DNA of 37,940 nt from positions 1-37,940 of IMG/VR virus record IMGVR_UViG_3300032235_000795, one strand, 5' to 3'. Origin of the DNA: a virus (taxonomy: Duplodnaviria > Caudoviricetes). The notes beneath the pieces were generated by a model. The model ran no database searches, was not told the DNA's origin, and saw only the letters and a list, made by a program, of their open reading frames with translations. The number at the start of each line of letters is the position of its first letter. The stretch's first letter is position 1. This document shows, piece after piece, positions 7,643 to 15,805 of the stretch. The translations under genes and the position numbers were made by a program.

Positions 7643-8728
7643 TCAGTAGGGCCAGGTCGGCTTAGGGCGTCCTGAACGAATTCCCGTATGGATAAATCCT
7701 TTAGGTGCGCCAAGGCCAGTGCTATAAGGCCATTCACGCACGCACCATTCTTGCAGCTTGTAAATATCCACTCCCTCCAGATACCAGTCAACTGCTCCAA
7801 CGCCAGGCGCATTGAACAGGTGCTCGCTTCCGGAAGCGCCGCCAACTGATGCATTGATCGCAGGCGGCCTGAAACCTGAAGTGATGATGACCGGTTTGCC
7901 GCCGAATGCCGAGCGCGCACGCTCAAGAAAAGCCGCTAGTTCTGCCGCTGTATTTACCTGATGCTGCGCCACGAACCGCCGCTCCTCCCGATCCAGCGCA
8001 AATTCCCCCAAGCGGATATGCGGCGTCAGTCGAGCACTAAACGGCGATTTCGGTGTCAGCTTTGCAGGATCTTGCTGAATCTCGGGTTGTTTCGGCAGAC
8101 TTTCACGCCATAACGCCCCTTCGGCGCGACGCCTACGCAGCAAGCCGGCTTCAACATTGGTGCCGGGATTACGATAAAGCTCAAGTGCAGCCGGCACCGC
8201 ATTCCAATCTCGTTCGCGCAAGCGCTTGCTGATGGTCTCGAAGCCAGCAGAGCCGTAAAAGCCGCTGCCAAGGTTATACGCGAAGTCGACCAGGGCAGAT
8301 TGCTGCCCATCTGTCATCTGGTCCCAGTGCGGCACAGTGCGAGCAAGTTTTTCTGCGATCTGATCAACCTCAGTCCGCATGAACATATCGGCTTCGATCA
8401 CGGTGATCTTGTCGCCACGGCTGACCGATCGGCCACCCGGATAGCGCGTTGTGCCGTACCCAATGGTGTACGGCTCTGCGCCGGACAACGGATCTGGGTA
8501 TGCGGTGAGGTGACAGCCTTCGAATTCCTTGATCAGCTTGAATGCAGCGGCGTAGTCACCCTGCTTGCCACCTTGACTCCAGGTCTTGAACCAGCCTTGA
8601 TCGCGACCAAGAATGTGCGGGTTGGCCTTGTTAATTGCTTCTTCTAATTCAGACAACGCCGCAGACTGGTGCGGGAGCTGCCGATAGTACTTAAAAAGAT
8701 CAAGCAGGCGGATTTTGTTTTGCGTCAT
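7643..8728 (-). CDS. Endolysin: GH24 lysozyme plus peptidase M15 domain
   Basis: EFEGCHLTAYPD..TIGYGTT, ALVDFAYNLG, GLLRRRRAE; C-terminal TSGFR..N..VGGASGSEH..AVD..FIH. Confidence 0.9.
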   Translation of the reverse strand: MTQNKIRLLDLFKYYRQLPHQSAALSELEEAINKANPHILGRDQGWFKTWSQGGKQGDYAAAFKLIKEFEGCHLTAYPDPLSGAEPYTIGYGTTRYPGGRSVSRGDKITVIEADMFMRTEVDQIAEKLARTVPHWDQMTDGQQSALVDFAYNLGSGFYGSAGFETISKRLRERDWNAVPAALELYRNPGTNVEAGLLRRRRAEGALWRESLPKQPEIQQDPAKLTPKSPFSARLTPHIRLGEFALDREERRFVAQHQVNTAAELAAFLERARSAFGGKPVIITSGFRPPAINASVGGASGSEHLFNAPGVGAVDWYLEGVDIYKLQEWCVREWPYSTGLGAPKGFIHTGIRSGRPKPTWPY

Positions 8729-8960
8729 CAGTCCAAGGGGCGTGAATGCTCATTGCGCCACCGAGGAGGCGGCTGTCACCGGTTTGCAACGTGTCATCAA
8801 TTTCGTGATGCACGATGACAGGCTTTGGATCAGCAGGTTGCGCTGCGTGCCATTCCGCTTCGGCTTGATCCAGCTTGGCTGGTAACGTCAGCTCAAACCA
8901 CCACTGACGGATGGCTTGCTCTAGCCGACGCTGCCAGCCGGGCTTGCCAAAGCTGATCAG
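8700..8960 (-). CDS. Open frame without ATG/GTG/TTG start; possible -1 frameshift extension of the upstream holin-like gene, or CTG start
   Basis: LISFGKPGWQRRLEQAIRQWWFELTLPAKLDQAEAEWHAAQP...LLGGAMSIHAPWTDDAKQNPPA* fills the gap between holin and endolysin. Confidence 0.65.
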   Translation of the reverse strand: MISFGKPGWQRRLEQAIRQWWFELTLPAKLDQAEAEWHAAQPADPKPVIVHHEIDDTLQTGDSRLLGGAMSIHAPWTDDAKQNPPA

Positions 8961-9097
8961 AGCTTTTTCCCTTTCAGCGCACGCAGCGCATGAAAGACAA
9001 GCTGAATGATGCTGTTGTCTTTAAGAGGCGACAGTGCGATCAGCTCAGAAGCTGCCGCGATAATGATCCAGAATGCTGGATGGGACAGAAAGTCCAT
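8957..9097 (-). CDS. Putative holin-like membrane protein, 46 aa (not in ORF track)
   Basis: MDFLSHPAFWIIIAAASELIALSPLKDNSIIQLVFHALRALKGKKL: hydrophobic helices and basic tail, upstream of the endolysin. Confidence 0.7.
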   Translation of the reverse strand: MDFLSHPAFWIIIAAASELIALSPLKDNSIIQLVFHALRALKGKKL

Positions 9098-9100
9098 GGG

Positions 9101-9352
9101 TCAGCAGGAGGGTGGGCGTACTTCCAGCTTAGAGACCCTTTGTTCAACGGTATTAAGACGCGAGAAAAATTCTTTGCGATCTTCTTTAATGTCTGAATGT
9201 AATACTTCTAATTGTGTTGCGATGTGTTCGACGGCACTCGTGAGGCGAATGACCGCATCACGAGCTTCGTCTGATTTACGACTGAACCCCATTGCCCCCA
9301 TAGCGGCAACTGAGATACTTGCGCCGGCCACTGCGGCTATGACTTCAATCAT
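9101..9352 (-). CDS. N-terminally anchored coiled-coil protein (lysis cassette)
   Basis: Hydrophobic N-terminus followed by heptad-like helix ending RLNTVEQRVSKLE. Confidence 0.7.
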   Translation of the reverse strand: MIEVIAAVAGASISVAAMGAMGFSRKSDEARDAVIRLTSAVEHIATQLEVLHSDIKEDRKEFFSRLNTVEQRVSKLEVRPPSC

Positions 9353-9376
9353 GGCAGCAATGGCTACTTGACTAGC

Positions 9377-9511
9377 TTAGCGACCCTGTCCGCGAGTCTT
9401 TTTGCGACCGTGACTGGGTTTGCTGCGCTTCCCCTGCCCTTGCCTAGTGAGCTTAGGCTTGCCAGCCTGATGCTCAATGCGGGCGGTGCCTGTCTTGCTT
9501 TTGACTGCCAT
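9377..9511 (-). CDS. Small highly basic protein, 44 aa (not in ORF track)
   Basis: MAVKSKTGTARIEHQAGKPKLTRQGQGKRSKPSHGRKKTRGQGR; the TRQG..RGQG type is common in cyanophages. Confidence 0.7.
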   Translation of the reverse strand: MAVKSKTGTARIEHQAGKPKLTRQGQGKRSKPSHGRKKTRGQGR

Positions 9512-9618
9512 TACCAGTAGCGATCTTGCCAATCAGAAGTATGGCACCACTGCCACACCATCATTCCAGCAATGGCGATGGCGAGCAGTGATGCCGCAGC
9601 AGCGATCAAGAAGCCCAC
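9511..9618 (-). CDS. Small single-TM peptide, 35 aa (not in ORF track)
   Basis: GTG start; VGFLIAAAASLLAIAIAGMMVWQWCHTSDWQDRYW; TAATG-coupled to the next gene. Confidence 0.5.
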   Translation of the reverse strand: MGFLIAAAASLLAIAIAGMMVWQWCHTSDWQDRYW

Positions 9619-9920
9619 GGCAGACCGGGGGCAACGGTGGGTGCATGCTGTTGATCGAGTTGCTGCTGAAGTGCGGCTTCAATTTCGGCAACCTTCTCGT
9701 CGCCGAAGTTTTGCTTCACCCAGCCCACAACGAGCTCTTCAGTCAGTTCGGCATAGGGGATCATGTTGCCGGGCTCGGGCTTTTCAAGGCCGATAGACCC
9801 ATACGCCGAGCTGCTGTAAGTGCCATCGTTGGCGCCAATTGTATAATGCACCGTAAATACAACGCCGTCGGCGGTGTAATGCTCCATGTTGGCGATGTGC
9901 CATTCAAACGTGGTAGCCAT
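9606..9920 (-). CDS. Tail-fibre-associated small protein
   Basis: ATG at 9920; TFEWHIANME..VFTVHY..AYGSIGL..IPYAELTEE.V.GWV..GLPW pattern usually found after fibre genes. Confidence 0.75.
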   Translation of the reverse strand: MATTFEWHIANMEHYTADGVVFTVHYTIGANDGTYSSSAYGSIGLEKPEPGNMIPYAELTEELVVGWVKQNFGDEKVAEIEAALQQQLDQQHAPTVAPGLPWAS

Positions 9921-9992
9921 AAAAAAAAGTGGCGATAAAACAAATTTAGCAGCATCGCCACCGAAAGACACGGCGGATTACCGATTCAAAGC

Positions 9993-10017
9993 AAAAAGCC
10001 GGACGGATGGCCCGGCT
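9993..10017 (-). terminator. Intrinsic terminator
   Basis: On - strand AGCCGG-GCCATCCGT-CCGGCT followed by a T run. Confidence 0.6.
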
Positions 10018-10024
10018 AGTTCGT

Positions 10025-10051
10025 TTCTCAATAAATGGCGTTTATTGAGAA
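10025..10051. repeat. Perfect 11-bp inverted repeat
   Basis: TTCTCAATAAA-TGGCG-TTTATTGAGAA. Confidence 0.85.
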
Positions 10052-10097
10052 TCTTGATGCCTGCTTAGTCGTCTTAGCGACGTGGACCGGGGACTGA

Positions 10098-10152
10098 GCC
10101 TTTAATAAGACCACCCCTTATTCACATGCACCGCTGGGCCTTTAATAAGACC
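10098..10152. repeat. 15-bp direct repeat, 40-bp period
   Basis: GCCTTTAATAAGACC at 10098-10112 and 10138-10152. Confidence 0.85.
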
Positions 10153-10171
10153 CAGCAGTGAAGGGGACTCG

Positions 10172-10675
10172 TCACCGTGGCTGGTGACTCTCCATGTAGC
10201 GAAGAATTGCCTGCATTTCTTCCAGTGTGGCGTCGTTCTTAAGGAAGTTCGCCCTAGCCGAAATGACCATGACGTTGCCTTTGGTGTAGCCACCATTGGA
10301 GTCAATGCGATCCAACGTCGGTGCGTTCCAGTTGTCTTTCATCGAAACCCTGCCTTGACCGACTGTTGCTTGGAGCGGGATACCAAGCACAGGGCACAGT
10401 TCAGGGATAACGATGTCGTCAACGGTCAGGTCGCAGTCAAGCCCTCGATCCTTGGCTCTGTTGTTCGCGTTGTACAACAGCTTTTTGCGTGGGTCAATCT
10501 TGATGTATTCCTTGTTGCGGCATTCCTTGCAACGTGTGCTGCGACGATTGCCATCTGGACCCACGCGGTATGCGCCTGCGTTCTTGTCTGGCCAAAAGCT
10601 GTCACACGGTAAAAACTGCTGACAGCCACTGCACCAGAGCTTGCTTGGATCAGGCGATTTAACTGGCGCAGGCAT
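10172..10675 (-). CDS. Free-standing HNH-type homing endonuclease-like protein
   Basis: N-terminal CxxC..CKEC; CPVLG..PTLDRIDSNGGYTKGNVMVISARANFLK. Confidence 0.85.
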   Translation of the reverse strand: MPAPVKSPDPSKLWCSGCQQFLPCDSFWPDKNAGAYRVGPDGNRRSTRCKECRNKEYIKIDPRKKLLYNANNRAKDRGLDCDLTVDDIVIPELCPVLGIPLQATVGQGRVSMKDNWNAPTLDRIDSNGGYTKGNVMVISARANFLKNDATLEEMQAILRYMESHQPR

Positions 10676-12561
10676 CAGGTGTAGACGATCATCAAGGTGC
10701 CATCCGACTTGCGATAAACGTCACCGTTTACCAACCCACCGGCTTTGGCTGCTGTGTTATCAGCATAAGTGGGCGTGTTGGCAAAATTAAGGATGCGGGA
10801 GTTCTTGATCCGCATCGCTTCAGTGGGTGATGACGCGCCATCAGCAGTAACGGAGAACACTAGGCGGCCTGGATAGTCATTTGTTCCAGCGGTGCCATCA
10901 GCCTCTCCAAAAATATAAGCAAATTCACCAGCAGCATTATCACCAAAAGTGATACCACCTAATTGATCTCCTGCAACAATTGTAGAAGCTGCGGCGGAAC
11001 GTCCAAGTGCAATTAAGCCTGAACGAGCACCACTTAAAGTGTTGCCAACAACTTGAAGTCTTGCGTACTGAGGCTGGTTTACACCTGTAACGGCATTAGA
11101 CGTACCAACTAAGAGCCTGCCGCTGGAGTCGATGCGGGCGCGTTCAAATGGCGCTACAGCAGCACCGGCAGATGGGTGCGTGTAAAACGCCAACTCACCC
11201 TTAAAGGAGCCACCTGCGTCAATACCTTTAATCGCAGCGGATCTCCAACCAGCGCCACCTGCGCTAAATGTCAACTCACCAGAAACATCGAGTGCAGTAC
11301 TGGGGCTCGTAGTGCCAATCCCTACGTTACCTGAGGAATTGACATAAAGCCTGCTCACAAGACCAGAGCTTCCGCTATCGGTAAGCAAAGACAAATCACC
11401 GGAGGCATTGCCAGTGTTTGAATTGATCATGCGAATGGCAGCCTTGCTTCTGGAGCCAGGAGTGGTGCCAAACGTTAAAGATGCAGTGGCATTTAATACG
11501 TTGTCACTTGTGAAGATACGTTGGTTAACTGTATTGCCAAGACCTTCAACGTGAAGAGTTGCTCCAGGCGCAGCAGTCCCTATGCCCACGAGCCCTGCCG
11601 AGGTAATCCTCATCCGCTCCGTCGGAGAACTCGCCCCATCCGCAGTTGTAGCGAACACTAAGCGGCCTGGCATGTCATCAGCGCCAGGGGTGCCGTCTAC
11701 TACGCAATCAATGCTCGCTGCCGCCGTTTGCAGATCAGTGCCATCAGCGCCGGAGAAATAAATTCCACCTATTGCATCTCCTGATGCAACTACTACTGTT
11801 GACCCTACAGTCGTGCCCCTAGACTTACTAAAAAATAAATACGAACCTGCGGTGTTATTTTGATTATTGACAAGTGATAAAGAAGACGTAGAAGAATTTG
11901 TACCTTCGACTTGGAAAGACGGAGTAAATCCAGCTACATTCACACGCGCAGTAGACGTACCAACTAAGAGCCTGCCGCTGGAGTCGATGCGGGCGCGTTC
12001 AACGGCGCCAGTACTGATGGCTACTTGGTCTGCGCCGGGGGAGTAAATGCCGGTGTTATTGTCGCCAGTGAACGTCAGCGTCGGAGCCGCAGCACTTCCA
12101 AGTGGGTACTGCGCAATGCTGTCGAATGTTGCGGTGCTGGTTACGTCCAGCGTGCCTGGTACATCAACGTTGCTGGTCCACTCAACGCCAGTGCCGGCAG
12201 CGTCGGTTTGGATGAGCTGGCGGGCAGCACCATCTTGCAGCTTTGAGACAGGCAGTTCATCGGCGACAACGCCGACCCACGTGCTGCCGTTCCAAACTTT
12301 CATTTGAGCTGGGCTGACGCTGGTGTCAAGCCATTGCTCACCGAGGTAGTTACCAGTGCTGCCGCCTGACGCGGGAACAGAGTTGGGCGCTGTGGTGCCT
12401 ACGTGGACAGGGCCAACCTTGACGATGCCCGTACCAGCGGAATCCTTGAAAAAGAGACCGGGGCTTGCGGTGTTGGTGTTGATTGCAAGCTGACCATCCG
12501 CAATGCTGGTGGTCGGGCGCTTATTTGCGGTGCTGCTACGAAGGTGCTTGTAGGTGGCCAT
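10675..12561 (-). CDS. Tail fibre protein with repeated modules
   Basis: ERARIDSSGRLLVGTS, PGRLVF..TADGASSPTE.MRI and GNVGIGTTSP repeats; N-terminal LRSSTANKRP..GQLAINT attachment domain. Confidence 0.85.
   Translation of the reverse strand: MATYKHLRSSTANKRPTTSIADGQLAINTNTASPGLFFKDSAGTGIVKVGPVHVGTTAPNSVPASGGSTGNYLGEQWLDTSVSPAQMKVWNGSTWVGVVADELPVSKLQDGAARQLIQTDAAGTGVEWTSNVDVPGTLDVTSTATFDSIAQYPLGSAAAPTLTFTGDNNTGIYSPGADQVAISTGAVERARIDSSGRLLVGTSTARVNVAGFTPSFQVEGTNSSTSSLSLVNNQNNTAGSYLFFSKSRGTTVGSTVVVASGDAIGGIYFSGADGTDLQTAAASIDCVVDGTPGADDMPGRLVFATTADGASSPTERMRITSAGLVGIGTAAPGATLHVEGLGNTVNQRIFTSDNVLNATASLTFGTTPGSRSKAAIRMINSNTGNASGDLSLLTDSGSSGLVSRLYVNSSGNVGIGTTSPSTALDVSGELTFSAGGAGWRSAAIKGIDAGGSFKGELAFYTHPSAGAAVAPFERARIDSSGRLLVGTSNAVTGVNQPQYARLQVVGNTLSGARSGLIALGRSAAASTIVAGDQLGGITFGDNAAGEFAYIFGEADGTAGTNDYPGRLVFSVTADGASSPTEAMRIKNSRILNFANTPTYADNTAAKAGGLVNGDVYRKSDGTLMIVYT
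11097..12002. repeat. Exact 51-bp direct repeat inside the fibre gene (11097-11147 and 11952-12002)
   Basis: TAGACGTACCAACTAAGAGCCTGCCGCTGGAGTCGATGCGGGCGCGTTCAA occurs twice, 855 bp apart (in frame). Confidence 0.9.
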
Positions 12562-12602
12562 GCCTTAACTCCACTCTGGGACGGCGTTACTCAGGCAGTC
12601 TA

Positions 12603-12761
12603 CTAATACTCGCCCTCGTCTATCACAATGTCGTATTCGTCGAAGATTTCGGGCAGCGTCTTGTACTGCACGTAGTAGTCAGCGTTGCTGACTTTTACCA
12701 GCATCTCGCCTTCAACGCCGCCGCGTGGAAGGTACTCGCGGTTGTAGGTGAAGCCGGACAT
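12603..12761 (-). CDS. Small fibre-associated protein, 52 aa (not in ORF track)
   Basis: MSGFTYNREYLPRGGVEGEMLVKVSNADYYVQYKTLPEIFDEYDIVIDEGEY; TGATG-coupled to the upstream gene. Confidence 0.7.
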   Translation of the reverse strand: MSGFTYNREYLPRGGVEGEMLVKVSNADYYVQYKTLPEIFDEYDIVIDEGEY

Positions 12762-14431
12762 CAGTAAGTGCCTTCATCGACCACTCCAACTGTCATTGCT
12801 CCAACGCTATCTACGGCGATCTCTGTAGTTTCACGCACAATTCCAGCCACTGACACTGTCGCAACCTGCACGCGGCCCCACAGTGTGGTCAACGCAGCTT
12901 CGGCGTCGGCAACACCTGTCATCGGGGGGCTAAGTGCGCCGCCGCTAAAGGTCACGTCGCCAGCGTCAATCACGCTGATGCCTGCGCCCACGATGTTGAC
13001 GTGAGTCCAAGTCGTACCAGAACCTGGGCTCAGGATCCAGTCGCCAACGTCTAGTGCAACGGCTGGTGCCGGAGCCGTGCCAGTACCTGACGTAGTAACC
13101 AGCAGGTAGAGACCAGAACTTGCAGCGGTTGGAGCAATCAGTGCAGAACCAACGGTCAGACCTGCTGATGCGCCGTAGGTATTAAGGCTGGAAATTGTGT
13201 TGGTGTTGGCGTTGTACGTACCACCAAAACGCAGGTTGGCTTGGGCGCCGAACTCGTTGTTGAGCGGAAGGTAGTAACCCTGAGCTGGAGAGACTTGGCC
13301 GACCCAGACGTAAGCTGTGCGGTCGGTGGGGTTGATCCAGAGCTGACCGGCGAACTCGGGTACGGGCTGGCTGCTGCTAACTTGCGCGATGCCGTAGTCG
13401 GCAAGCTGCGATGCGGTAACGCTGTTGGGGGCGAGACGTGCCGAGGCAAACGTGCCGGTCGTGATTTTGCTGGCATCGAGCTCGGGAATGTCTGTTGCGG
13501 ACAGTGCCAATGCAGCCACGATGTGACCTTGGCTGTCGTAGGTGACCTTGGCAGCGCTTGCCGGGGTGATTGAGTTGCTGTGGTTCAGCGTGCCAGCGCC
13601 GTCGACGCCGAGGCCGGAGCCGGGGCGGACGACACCGATGCTGCTGGCGCTGGCAACGGGTACGTCGGCCGCAATAATCTGCCGGCCACCTGTGACAAGA
13701 CCCCTGTTGTTGTATTGGACGACGTGATAATTGCTGGCTTCGGCAGTGACCGTGTTGTTTATAACGACGGTGTCGCCGCTCATGGTTAGGCCGTTGCCGT
13801 TAACGACAACTGCACCTTTGGCGCCAGTGGTTGCTGTTGGAAGATCGCCTGCCGCAATCGTGCGGTAGGTGACTGCGCCCGCTGCAGAAGTCGGGCCGGC
13901 TAAAAATTGGGCGGCAGCACTGGTGCTGTCCAGTGTCGTGTTGATCGTTACCGTGTCGCCACTGGTGGAGACAGTGACGTTGACGACACCTGCCGTCCCG
14001 CCGTTGACAGTATTGATCGAACCTGCAGCTTTGATGTTGACCCAGGTGCTGCCGTTCCAGCAATAAATCTTGCTGTCGTCAGTATCGAGTGCAATTTGAC
14101 CGACAAAAGCACCGCTGGCGGGCAGGGTGGTTACAAGGTCGACGCTCGATTCGTCGGCGAGTTTGGCGGCTGTTACAGCATCAGCAGCGAGCTGCAAGGT
14201 GTTAACAGCGCCATCTTCCAGCGCAGCGCCTGCAATCTCGGCAGTGCCGAACAGAATTTTGGCGCCAGGGATGGTGGCGTCAGCGATCAGCGTGACCGCT
14301 TTGCCGGTAAAGTCAGTAACGGTAATTTTCTTGGTTTCACTAGCGCTGATATCAGCGACTGCCAGAAAGTCACCTGCAACCAGGTCACCGCTGGAGAGCG
14401 CTGCTAATTCGGTGATCCTGAGGTCTGCCAT
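12761..14431 (-). CDS. Tail fibre/side-fibre structural protein
   Basis: 556 aa, A/G/T/S/V-rich; VTYDSQGHI, LPTATT..KG.V, DASKITTGT fibre motifs. Confidence 0.8.
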   Translation of the reverse strand: MADLRITELAALSSGDLVAGDFLAVADISASETKKITVTDFTGKAVTLIADATIPGAKILFGTAEIAGAALEDGAVNTLQLAADAVTAAKLADESSVDLVTTLPASGAFVGQIALDTDDSKIYCWNGSTWVNIKAAGSINTVNGGTAGVVNVTVSTSGDTVTINTTLDSTSAAAQFLAGPTSAAGAVTYRTIAAGDLPTATTGAKGAVVVNGNGLTMSGDTVVINNTVTAEASNYHVVQYNNRGLVTGGRQIIAADVPVASASSIGVVRPGSGLGVDGAGTLNHSNSITPASAAKVTYDSQGHIVAALALSATDIPELDASKITTGTFASARLAPNSVTASQLADYGIAQVSSSQPVPEFAGQLWINPTDRTAYVWVGQVSPAQGYYLPLNNEFGAQANLRFGGTYNANTNTISSLNTYGASAGLTVGSALIAPTAASSGLYLLVTTSGTGTAPAPAVALDVGDWILSPGSGTTWTHVNIVGAGISVIDAGDVTFSGGALSPPMTGVADAEAALTTLWGRVQVATVSVAGIVRETTEIAVDSVGAMTVGVVDEGTY

Positions 14432-14483
14432 GGTGATGTGCGGCTATAAGTGCTGGTAGGCATGGCCTGACACCAGTTTAGTG

Positions 14484-15380
14484 TCAGTCGGATTGCTCCA
14501 AAAGCAAGAATGACGTGCCATCCTGCTCAAGCTTGAATTTGTCTCCAGATTCTTGAAGCAAGTATTCGGTTGTGCGTGTTTTGGCGCGCAGCCTGATAGG
14601 ACCAGTTGCAACGAAATCGACGGAACTGACGATGATGTTGCCTGATGCAAAACTTGTAGCGCTAGAGGTGATCAAGCCATCGAACTCCCACCACAATGCG
14701 TCATTAATTTGAGCGGAATCAAACGAGCCACCAGACGCGCGTGTACCGGCAGATTTAATGAAAAATTTTGCGTGAAATGACGAGCCAACCTCTGTGCGCA
14801 ATACAAGCTGCATCAGATAATTGACCGGCTCTGTATTGCCTTCTTTTACGTAATCCCATTGAGCGGTCAAGCGGCCGCTGCCAGTGATCAGGCTGCTGTA
14901 TTGCTGCCTGTATTCATCGCTCAATGCAGTGACATCGACCGTTTCTCGCGTTGTATTAATTTCATAGTCAGATACACACCCAAGCAATCGCGCGTCACGA
15001 TCGCGCACTGTGACTCTGATTGGAATATTGCGAGCAATTGCATTGAGAGCCACAAGACCGGTGCTGGCACCTTCAAGGCTGTCGTCAAAGTTTGTGTACA
15101 GACGAATACCGCCTAGTTCATCAATAAATGCATACCAATTTCCACTTGGTTGAACAGTATTATTCGCCCATCCACTTGCGGCGACGAAATCAAGATTCGT
15201 GCCATTTGTTGTGGCAATCTCAACTAGGTCACCACTAATTAAATAACTGGGGTCAAAATCAAAGCTAAATCGATCGCGAGCGGCATTGACGTCTGACGGA
15301 TTGACCACAGACTCTTTGCTGCCTTCAAGCGACAGGCGGGTCAGCTCGATATTGCCGACATTGCCGAGGTAGATGCCCAT
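14484..15380 (-). CDS. Virion tail protein with C-terminal tail-tube-like domain
   Basis: YEINTTRETVDVTALSDEYRQ..SLITGSG and DFVATGPI resemble tube-fold motifs. Confidence 0.7.
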   Translation of the reverse strand: MGIYLGNVGNIELTRLSLEGSKESVVNPSDVNAARDRFSFDFDPSYLISGDLVEIATTNGTNLDFVAASGWANNTVQPSGNWYAFIDELGGIRLYTNFDDSLEGASTGLVALNAIARNIPIRVTVRDRDARLLGCVSDYEINTTRETVDVTALSDEYRQQYSSLITGSGRLTAQWDYVKEGNTEPVNYLMQLVLRTEVGSSFHAKFFIKSAGTRASGGSFDSAQINDALWWEFDGLITSSATSFASGNIIVSSVDFVATGPIRLRAKTRTTEYLLQESGDKFKLEQDGTSFLLLEQSD

Positions 15381-15805
15381 CAGATTGTCACCGCTGTGAG
15401 TGCACCAGTGGCTTGGAAGCTGATCTGGGCAGAGCTAACTTCACCAACGCTGGCGCCAAACGAGACGCTGGTGATGTAAGCGGTGAGCTGCACGTCGCTG
15501 TTTGTGTTGCCGTCCACCAAGCGCAGACGCATTGTGACGGTATCGCTGCTGGATACACCAGCAACACGCAGCACTTTCTTCAGAGCCGTGGCGGCGTCGT
15601 TGCGGCCTGTGTCGTTTTTGTAGTACAGCAGTGTGGCACTGCCGTTGAATTCTTGGACGCCTGGCGCGTAACTGCGTTGTGATTCGCCAAGCGTGGTGGT
15701 TTCCAGCACTTCAAGAGAGCCGGTCAAGGTCCAGTTGCTGACCTTGATTTGTTCGGTGCCGTCGATCAGTAGGCGACCGTCGCGTCCGGTATAAACCTTG
15801 GCCAT
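15380..15805 (-). CDS. Tail-tube-like protein
   Basis: YTGRDG..VSNWTL..LETTTLG..RSYAPG..FNGS..YITS..VGEV..ISFQATG. Confidence 0.75.
   Translation of the reverse strand: MAKVYTGRDGRLLIDGTEQIKVSNWTLTGSLEVLETTTLGESQRSYAPGVQEFNGSATLLYYKNDTGRNDAATALKKVLRVAGVSSSDTVTMRLRLVDGNTNSDVQLTAYITSVSFGASVGEVSSAQISFQATGALTAVTI

Noticed and set aside
10098-10152. Mini CRISPR array
   Set aside because: Only two 15-bp copies, too short, and no cas genes
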